From positions 1 to 36,920 of IMG/VR virus record IMGVR_UViG_3300027834_000004: a stretch of 36,920 nt of DNA; one strand, given 5' to 3'. Below the pieces are notes generated by a model. It saw only the letters and a program-made list of their open reading frames with translations. It did not search any database and was not told the DNA's origin. Shown here piece after piece: positions 31,760-36,920 of this stretch. The stretch's first letter is position 1. Each line of letters opens with the position of its first letter. Both the position numbers and the translations under genes were made by a program. The stretch is from a virus.

Positions 31760-32479
31760 TTATGGGTTAATTAACTTAAAGCGCTTAGATACTTGTGGAT
31801 GCGTTACATTGGTTGGTGTAACCCGTGTAGACTCTTTGGTTATGCGGTCAAACAACCGGGTGACATCGCCCTTATACCACACGACATAGGTGCCCCCATT
31901 TGCGTTCTCATGGGTGTTTCTTACTTGACCAGCAGGTCTAGGACCGTATTCACCTCGTAAAATCTCATCTACTGCCCAGCCTGGTATGCCATATTTACTA
32001 TTAACCCGGTGCTTAGCTGCTGTTATACCTTCAGCATTGGCCGGGCACTCCATTAATATATTATTGTTCTGCCCCTTCTTAACCTCTTGAATCTCATCTT
32101 CTAGCCGGGCAACAGTTAAAGCGTGCTCATTCTGCTTTCTTTCAATCTCAACTAACCCGGTAGCCATGCCCGCAATTATCTCTAACTGGCTTAGTGGTTT
32201 AGCTGCTTGTGCCTCTAACTCCTGCCATCTATCCACAATGACTGCTGTGAATTCAGGCGAAAGCCTAGCAACTAACACAAGTGAGTCACGTTTATTAAAG
32301 TGAAATTCTTGGTATGCGTTCCCTTTGTGATGGAAAACAGACTCCGCCAATGGCGAGGTTAAAATTCGATCAGCTTCAAGCCTCCTAGCGGACTTCCTTA
32401 CTGCATCGTGGCGGCTGCCAGTTAATTCAGCAATCTCTCGACTACTCATGGTTTTAATATTTGATTGGATTAGATTCAT
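31760..32479 (-). CDS. Rha-family phage regulatory protein
   Basis: The N-terminus MSSREIAELTGSRHDAVRKSARRL matches the Rha/pRha signature (SSREIAE.TGKRHDNV). 239 aa. Confidence 0.8.
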   Translation of the reverse strand: MNLIQSNIKTMSSREIAELTGSRHDAVRKSARRLEADRILTSPLAESVFHHKGNAYQEFHFNKRDSLVLVARLSPEFTAVIVDRWQELEAQAAKPLSQLEIIAGMATGLVEIERKQNEHALTVARLEDEIQEVKKGQNNNILMECPANAEGITAAKHRVNSKYGIPGWAVDEILRGEYGPRPAGQVRNTHENANGGTYVVWYKGDVTRLFDRITKESTRVTPTNVTHPQVSKRFKLINP

Positions 32480-32518
32480 ATAGTGCTCTTAGGGTTTGGG
32501 CGCTGGGCTTATAGTTGC

Positions 32519-32583
32519 AGTCGGACGGGTAACCTAAGAAAACCCCTACAACATGCCAGCATAACTTTTATCAGTGTCCGACT
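32519..32583. repeat. 8-bp inverted repeat AGTCGGAC / GTCCGACT, 49 nt apart, in the rha leader
   Basis: Read directly (32519-32526 and 32576-32583). Confidence 0.6.
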
Positions 32584-32621
32584 ACCGATAGCCAAAGCAT
32601 AGCAAACCTACAGCTAATTAC

Positions 32622-32660
32622 TTATCTAAATATCCGATAGATAACCGCTAAACCTATCTA
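32622..32660. promoter_or_regulatory. three TATCTA-type half-sites phased 16 bp apart (TTATCTA, TAGATAA, CTATCTA)
   Basis: Start positions 32622, 32638 and 32654. Read directly in the divergent control region. Confidence 0.5.
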
Positions 32661-32691
32661 ATAATTAAATACTTATAATCATACAGAAGTG

Positions 32692-32725
32692 TTGCACTCA
32701 TAACTCAGTAGTGTATTATTACTAC
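32692..32725 (+). promoter_or_regulatory. rightward early promoter with an overlapping inverted repeat
   Basis: TTGCAC, 16/17-nt spacer, then TGTATTATT. The inverted repeat GTAGT-n8-ACTAC (32708-32725) overlaps the -10 element. Confidence 0.5.
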
Positions 32726-32756
32726 ATCGAAACAAAACACACAAAAGGGCAGCAAA

Positions 32757-32945
32757 ATGAAAAACTTAAACGAAATATTAAACATGTTAAATAACAAAAT
32801 GGACTTCTTTATGATAAAGGCTTGCCTGGAGTCAATTGGATTTCAATGTAAAAGCATGTCAGCTAGAGGCTTAAAAATTGAGATTGAGACTCTTATTGCT
32901 CATGCAGAGCTAGAAGAAGAAGCACTAACAATAACTGCTTTTTAA
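32757..32945 (+). CDS. hypothetical protein
   Basis: 62-aa ORF, the first gene of the rightward operon. Confidence 0.55.
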   Translation: MKNLNEILNMLNNKMDFFMIKACLESIGFQCKSMSARGLKIEIETLIAHAELEEEALTITAF

Positions 32946-32955
32946 GGCGGTTATT

Positions 32956-33192
32956 ATGATTTATACAGAGTCCGAAATAGACGAGATTGTACTAAAAATA
33001 AAAGGGACATGGGTAAAGCGTAAAAATATGCGAAATAAACTAGAGAGAGAATCAAATAGTGATGTAATGGAAGAGATCGAGATATGCAAAGCTAAGATCA
33101 GGGATTTGCGTGCAATGGGCGCTAAAGAGCAGAGTTTACGCCACTGGTACGCAGAGATGACGAGATACGAATTAATGCTTTTGGGTAAATAG
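32956..33192 (+). CDS. hypothetical protein
   Basis: 78-aa ORF. Confidence 0.55.
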   Translation: MIYTESEIDEIVLKIKGTWVKRKNMRNKLERESNSDVMEEIEICKAKIRDLRAMGAKEQSLRHWYAEMTRYELMLLGK

Positions 33193-33194
33193 AT

Positions 33195-33320
33195 ATGACT
33201 AAAAGATATTGCGCATGGGGTGTGGATAGTTCATTTAGATTCAAATGGATGGCCGCTTTAGCTGGCTGGAATTTCAATAGGAAATTAAAATCAAAGGGGG
33301 AAGGCAATGAGCAGAGATGA
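33195..33320 (+). CDS. possible 41-aa protein (below the track cut-off)
   Basis: I translated it by hand. It fills the gap between neighbouring genes, and its stop overlaps the next gene. Confidence 0.3.
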   Translation: MTKRYCAWGVDSSFRFKWMAALAGWNFNRKLKSKGEGNEQR

Positions 33321-33492
33321 TACATACTCACTTATGGAAAAGAGCGAAAAATTCAAAACGCCACAAGAATTATTTATTAGATTAAACAATAGAGAGCCAC
33401 ATGTTGGTGATTTTTTGAGCTGCTATGTTCATTGTGGGATTACTGGAAAGAGCTTTTTAACTACATTAGACGCGGTGAAGAAATGGAAATAA
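33307..33492 (+). CDS. hypothetical protein
   Basis: 61-aa ORF with GGGGGAAGG upstream. Confidence 0.5.
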   Translation: MSRDDTYSLMEKSEKFKTPQELFIRLNNREPHVGDFLSCYVHCGITGKSFLTTLDAVKKWK

Positions 33493-33863
33493 CACTATAT
33501 AAAAGAAATAAAGTTAGCTTTAAATTTGTACAGTATGGCCTAGCATTGCCGTTTTTTAGGTTAGAAGTACCTAATATATCATTCTGCTACGGCAACCCAT
33601 TAACATGTATAAAGAAAGCCCTCGATAAACTAGAAAAACATGAGATAGAAAACTTAAATGAAACAGGCTTCTGGATGAATGAGAAAGAGCTTTTAAATTT
33701 AAAAAATTCAGTAAGAGAGACAATTAAAAGTTTTTTGGCGGCAGAAGCACCACTTCTTCGGGATTTCAATAATGAAGAGGAAGAAGTTATCTATCACTGC
33801 GAGAACGCGATAAAGATGGATAGGGAGCGATTACATAAAAAAGCTAGAGAATTATGGCAATGA
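33483..33863 (+). CDS. hypothetical protein
   Basis: ATG 33483 overlaps the upstream stop (ATGGAAATAA). The track's TTG 33432 start would overlap by 60 nt. Confidence 0.55.
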   Translation: MEITLYKRNKVSFKFVQYGLALPFFRLEVPNISFCYGNPLTCIKKALDKLEKHEIENLNETGFWMNEKELLNLKNSVRETIKSFLAAEAPLLRDFNNEEEEVIYHCENAIKMDRERLHKKARELWQ

Positions 33864-34024
33864 CACTCAAACAACACATAGAAACCCACTACAAAGGCAA
33901 TGCCGCAGCTTTTGCGCGTGATATTGGCCAAAGCCATACACAAGTGACAAGATGGCTTAAATACGGCTGCATCTGGCTTGACGGTCAGGTCTGGAAGCAG
34001 CAATCAAAACTTAGCCAGCAATAG
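33854..34024 (+). CDS. small Cro/YdaS-like helix-turn-helix protein (below the track cut-off)
   Basis: I translated the 56 aa by hand. GNAAAFARDIGQSHTQVTRWLKYG is an HTH signature. The start overlaps the upstream stop (ATGGCAATGA). Confidence 0.6.
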   Translation: MAMTLKQHIETHYKGNAAAFARDIGQSHTQVTRWLKYGCIWLDGQVWKQQSKLSQQ

Positions 34025-34043
34025 CGGCACTAGGAGAGAGCAA

Positions 34044-34316
34044 GTGACACCATACACGCAAAAGCTAATAAGCCTAGGTAAGGCATACCCTAGAATGTCA
34101 GTAACAAACCTAGGCGTTCTGTTAGTCCTTTACGACCTAGGCAGAGCAACAGCTAATGAACTGGCTAAAATAACCAATAGTAAGCCTGTGATAGTTCGAG
34201 ACCAGCTAGCCAGGTTTGAAGAGCGCGGGTTAACTGAAATAACCAGTACTGAAGGTAAGCGTGCACATCTATTAACATGTGACGCTAGAGCGATAATAAA
34301 AGGGGTTCTGCAATGA
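34044..34316 (+). CDS. MarR-like winged-helix DNA-binding protein
   Basis: GTG 34044 follows AGGAGAGAGCAA. LGVLLVLYDLGRATANELAKITNSKPVIVRDQLARFEERGL. Confidence 0.65.
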   Translation: MTPYTQKLISLGKAYPRMSVTNLGVLLVLYDLGRATANELAKITNSKPVIVRDQLARFEERGLTEITSTEGKRAHLLTCDARAIIKGVLQ

Positions 34317-34576
34317 AAATGAGTGATGTGTTTGAAATGAATAGGGATATTGATATAGATGACTTTGAGCTATTTAATCTTGATGAAATGGCAGCAGCAG
34401 CCCATGCAATCAACTCACACGACAAGCTAGAAGCTGACAAGGTAGCGCTGGTTGAGGCTTTGGAGCTTGCTGAGTCGGCGATTAATATCTATGCAATTGA
34501 TCTAGGTATTCCTGATGACACAGTGGGCAGGAATAAAATTAGAGAAGCACTAAAACAAGCCAAGGGGGATTTATGA
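34313..34576 (+). CDS. acidic hypothetical protein
   Basis: 87 aa, D/E-rich, with coupled starts and stops. Confidence 0.6.
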   Translation: MKMSDVFEMNRDIDIDDFELFNLDEMAAAAHAINSHDKLEADKVALVEALELAESAINIYAIDLGIPDDTVGRNKIREALKQAKGDL

Positions 34577-34923
34577 GTATTAAAATATTACCTGACTGCA
34601 TGATGCCAGACGGCGCAACCCCATGCAGAGGTTATCTAGAGCTTCAAACTGAAAACCAAGTACTACACGCCGAGCTAGAAGCTATGAGGGATAGATTAGG
34701 GAGCTTGGGCAGCCACAACCTTAAGCAAGGTATGATGCTCGCACAAATGGGTGTAGAGCCTGAAGGTTTAGCAAAGGTTAGTATTAATAAGATCAAGGCT
34801 GATGCGATACGGGGTTTAATAAGTGACATGCAGCCCTATCTGTTAGAGGAGGATGATGGCACGTTAATACTGCTTTATGAGAATCTACTAGAGCACGCCA
34901 ACCAAGTGGAGAAAGGACAATGA
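34573..34923 (+). CDS. hypothetical protein
   Basis: 116-aa ORF with ATGA overlaps at both ends. Confidence 0.6.
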   Translation: MSIKILPDCMMPDGATPCRGYLELQTENQVLHAELEAMRDRLGSLGSHNLKQGMMLAQMGVEPEGLAKVSINKIKADAIRGLISDMQPYLLEEDDGTLILLYENLLEHANQVEKGQ

Positions 34924-35219
34924 ATAAGCAAGACATTAAGCAGTGGTTAGATGATTACGGCAGTATAGATAGAGATTTAGCAACTCACATGCACGCATGC
35001 TTCAATGATCTACAGGGATGGGTGAGTGTTGATACAGACCCTAAAGAAAATTGCTCGTATATTGTAAACACCTTGGAGGACGGAGTTATTGAGCTTGAAT
35101 TCTATAAGTGCCCAGAATATGGCAATTCAGATTGGTCTTGCCCAGTTACAAAAGATGAGGTTGGGGCCACAGTAACCCACTGGCGCCCAATGCCGCTACT
35201 ACCAAGCGAGGGCGAATAG
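34920..35219 (+). CDS. DUF551-like protein
   Basis: 99 aa. The C-terminal VTHWRPMPLLP matches the DUF551 ending (VTHWMPLPEPP). Confidence 0.6.
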   Translation: MNKQDIKQWLDDYGSIDRDLATHMHACFNDLQGWVSVDTDPKENCSYIVNTLEDGVIELEFYKCPEYGNSDWSCPVTKDEVGATVTHWRPMPLLPSEGE

Positions 35220-35396
35220 ATGAAATTCATAGTAAGCTTATTTATCGCTAAACTGCCTGTCTTAGCTTGCATATGTATAGCCGGATTATTGGCCTTTAAG
35301 TCATTACATGGTTGGGGGTGGTTCTTATTTTTAGCGTGCTTGGTTGGGAGTAATTTAACTGTAAATGATGACAAGGTTGAAGGCGATGACACATAA
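35220..35396 (+). CDS. 58-aa two-TM membrane protein (below the track cut-off)
   Basis: I translated it by hand: MKFIVSLFIAKLPVLACICIAGLLAF...WGWFLFLACLVG. The start abuts the upstream stop. Confidence 0.5.
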   Translation: MKFIVSLFIAKLPVLACICIAGLLAFKSLHGWGWFLFLACLVGSNLTVNDDKVEGDDT

Positions 35397-35538
35397 AGAG
35401 ATAGGCTGGGACGACATAGAACAATGCACACACTGTACAAGAGCGTTTGACGTGTCAGAGTTGGAGCAAGACCTACTAGGCGATTACACATGCTTAGAGT
35501 GTAAAGAAGCTAAAGAAATGATGGAGAGTGAAGAGTGA
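35386..35538 (+). CDS. 50-aa zinc-ribbon protein (below the track cut-off)
   Basis: I translated it by hand. It has CTHC and CLEC pairs and overlaps its neighbours. Confidence 0.45.
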   Translation: MTHKEIGWDDIEQCTHCTRAFDVSELEQDLLGDYTCLECKEAKEMMESEE

Positions 35539-35663
35539 AATGGCTTAGAGAATTATTGTGCCGCCATAGCTGGTGTCAAGCAGGCACTCAAGGTACTGAA
35601 ACAGAATATATTTGTAGAAAATGCTATAAGCATGAAAAAAGAAAGCTCGTAGACTTATATTAA
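35535..35663 (+). CDS. possible 42-aa Cys-rich protein
   Basis: The GTG start overlaps the upstream stop. CRHSWC...CRKC. Confidence 0.35.
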   Translation: MKWLRELLCRHSWCQAGTQGTETEYICRKCYKHEKRKLVDLY

Positions 35664-35700
35664 CCAACCGCCCCACTAGGGGCGTAAAGGAGAGAGATAG

Positions 35701-35910
35701 ATGATTACAAGACATTACTTTTATAGCTTTAAGTGGAATCATATAGACGGTAATAATAGCTATTCATATGATACAGGGACTGCAGCCTATAAAAGCTGGC
35801 TCCCAAAAAGTGAGTATGTTTTCCATGAGATTAAATCTAGGTTTGTAAATAAAATACAGCCTAAATTTAAAGGCGGTTCTTTTGAGGCTATTTCCTTTAA
35901 TAGAGTTTAA
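35701..35910 (+). CDS. hypothetical protein
   Basis: 69 aa. AAGGAGAGAGATAG Shine-Dalgarno. Confidence 0.55.
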   Translation: MITRHYFYSFKWNHIDGNNSYSYDTGTAAYKSWLPKSEYVFHEIKSRFVNKIQPKFKGGSFEAISFNRV

Positions 35911-35944
35911 ATACTAGGCCTAATATCTAACATATAACCCCCTT

Positions 35945-35966
35945 AGCCGCTTAACTGCGGTTTTTT
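35945..35966 (+). terminator. weak hairpin plus T6
   Basis: CCGC-ttaact-GCGG followed by TTTTTT. Confidence 0.45.
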
Positions 35967-36031
35967 GTGTCTGAAATAAGCGCCAATTATACCATATAGG
36001 CTTTTAATTGGTATTGAGGCTAAATAAGTGA

Positions 36032-36059
36032 TTGCAATGTTAATACATATCAATATAAT
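36032..36059 (+). promoter_or_regulatory. near-consensus sigma70 promoter of the replication operon
   Basis: TTGCAA, 16-nt spacer, then TATAAT. The inverted repeat CCAATTA/TAATTGG (about 35984-36010) lies just upstream. Confidence 0.6.
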
Positions 36060-36088
36060 AGATTCGACATTAACAGTAGGAGAAAGTA

Positions 36089-36226
36089 ATGACAGATAAG
36101 AAGCCAGAGAAGAAGATCACAACAATTCGACTAGGTGTTGATTTGCTTGGAAAGCTCAAGAAACAAGCTCAAGAAGAAGGTCGAAGTTTGAATAACTTGA
36201 TTGAGCGAAAACTAACACAGGCATAA
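36089..36226 (+). CDS. ribbon-helix-helix (Arc/CopG-like) protein (below the track cut-off)
   Basis: I translated the 45 aa by hand. KKITTIRLGVDLLGKLKKQAQEEGRSLNNLIERKL follows the beta-strand, helix, helix pattern of RHH proteins. AGGAGAAAG Shine-Dalgarno. Confidence 0.6.
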   Translation: MTDKKPEKKITTIRLGVDLLGKLKKQAQEEGRSLNNLIERKLTQA

Positions 36227-36230
36227 AAAA

Positions 36231-36249
36231 ACCCTGCTGCAAACAGGGC
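36231..36249. terminator. hairpin CCCTG-ctgcaaa-CAGGG, preceded by A7 on the plus strand (T7 follows it on the minus strand)
   Basis: Read directly. The orientation of the U-tract fits leftward rather than rightward termination. Confidence 0.35.
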
Positions 36250-36280
36250 TTAGTAAATCACACAATAACCAGAGTATATC

Positions 36281-36920
36281 ATGCACTATTACAAGTTCAA
36301 TATTGGGGATTATGCTAGTCACACACAGCATTTAGACCCCATTGAAGATATAGCTTATCGGCGGATGCTTGACTGGGTTTATCTTCATGAATCCCCTCTA
36401 CCTGACTCACCAGAACAGATTGGCAGATTAATAAGAATGCGAACGCATAGCGAATGCATTGCGGTCGTATTGCGAGAGTTCTTTGTGCTTACTGATCATG
36501 GTTGGATGCAAGAAAAGGCAGATTCTGAAATACAGGCTTATAACGAGAAGAGCACTAAGGCAAAAGCAAGCGCAGCGGCTAGATGGGCTAAGAAGCCTAT
36601 TAATGTGGATGCGAACGCATTACGACCGGATAGCGAACGCAATGCTAACCAAGAACCATTAAACACTAACCATAAACCAGTAACCATTAACCAAAAAGAA
36701 TCCGTAGATTTTACTCCATTATGCTTTTCAGATGAGCAGCTAAAAGAAATGAAGCGAATCAGAAAGCAAAACAAAGGAGGCCCAATTACACAGAGAGTCA
36801 TTAGTGGGCTAGCAAAAGAGTTTGAGAAAGCGGCTCAATTTGGAATGGGGCCGGAAGAGATATTAACCGAATGGGAGACTAGGAGCTGGAAATCATTCAA
36901 GGCCGACTGGTGTAAGCCTA
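36281..36920 (+). CDS. replication initiator, DUF1376 (YdaU-like) N-terminal domain; 5' part, runs off the window and continues at 128..228
   Basis: MHYYKFNIGDYASHTQHLDPIEDIAYRRMLDWVYLHESPLP is the DUF1376 signature. The frame is open to the window end, so it is not listed in the track. Confidence 0.8.
   Translation, partial: MHYYKFNIGDYASHTQHLDPIEDIAYRRMLDWVYLHESPLPDSPEQIGRLIRMRTHSECIAVVLREFFVLTDHGWMQEKADSEIQAYNEKSTKAKASAAARWAKKPINVDANALRPDSERNANQEPLNTNHKPVTINQKESVDFTPLCFSDEQLKEMKRIRKQNKGGPITQRVISGLAKEFEKAAQFGMGPEEILTEWETRSWKSFKADWCKP
36437..36460 (+). repeat. iteron-like repeats, cluster 1 (ATGCGAACGCAT + AGCGAATGCATT)
   Basis: Read directly. The 12-mer ATGCGAACGCAT recurs exactly at 36609. 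Confidence 0.6.
36609..36643 (+). repeat. iteron-like repeats, cluster 2 (ATGCGAACGCAT ... AGCGAACGCAAT)
   Basis: Read directly. Followed by an A-rich stretch with three AACCAT(T/A)AA repeats (36651-36695). Confidence 0.6.
36794..36920. repeat. terminal overlap, identical to 1..127
   Basis: I compared the two ends base by base. Confidence 0.95.

Noticed and set aside
36794-36920. The 127-bp end repeat as a biological direct terminal repeat, LTR or IS end
   Set aside because: A single ORF reads straight through it in frame. Its length equals a common assembler k-mer, and P22-type terminases package by headful. It is most simply an overlap produced by circular assembly.
1-36920. tRNA genes, CRISPR arrays, a reverse transcriptase with template/variable repeats (DGR), and retron-like elements
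   Set aside because: I saw no T-arm/cloverleaf-like sequence, no regularly spaced repeats with spacers, no reverse-transcriptase-sized ORF and no near-identical copy of either spike's C-terminal region elsewhere. This was a scan by eye, so small RNAs cannot be excluded.

Overview
The window is a complete phage genome. Bases 1-127 are identical to 36794-36920, so the unique length is 36,793 bp, and one gene, a DUF1376/YdaU-like replication initiator, wraps across the junction. All homology calls below rest on motifs read by eye and recalled family signatures. No database search was possible.

Gene layout:
- Replication and recombination genes, + strand (36089 across the junction to about 6400): RHH regulator, initiator, G39P-like helicase loader, DnaB, an array of small genes, RecT, SSB, and NinB-like and NinG-like genes.
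- About 15 small genes of unknown function (6470-9381).
- A morphogenesis block collinear with phage P22 (9508-28726): TerS, TerL, portal with a coiled-coil barrel, scaffold, P22-type coat, gp4-like adaptor, gp10-like hub, needle, a gp14-position GNAT protein, three genes the size of P22 ejection proteins, and a tailspike with a P22-type head-binding domain.
- A minus-strand HNH-AP2 homing endonuclease, then an M15A endolysin and a 3TM holin-like gene.
- A leftward operon headed by a Rha-family regulator (30300-32479).
- A rightward early operon of small ORFs containing two HTH proteins (32757-35910).

I found no integrase, CI-type repressor, tRNA, CRISPR array, methyltransferase or recognisable spanin.

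Most interesting observations:
1. A hairpin-insulated 913-aa beta-helix protein sits between the gp4-like and gp10-like genes, next to a C-terminally extended gp4. This may be a second receptor-binding or depolymerase module at a non-canonical site.
2. The protein in the gp7 (ejection protein) slot ends in an S74-type intramolecular chaperone motif.
3. A self-contained unit (promoter, three genes, terminator) occupies the slot where lambdoid phages keep their lysis cassette. It encodes a lysine-rich protein, a 5TM protein and a 2TM protein.
4. The SSB has NNNIPKW plus 8 more residues in place of the acidic DDDIPF tip.
5. A 17-bp quasi-palindrome, TTGG(C/T)AGTTTT(G/T)GCCA, recurs at the starts of transcription units.
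6. The small-gene array has repeated cassette boundaries.
7. The HNH insertion lies next to a truncated ORF remnant.
8. The two early operons consist almost entirely of unknown small genes.
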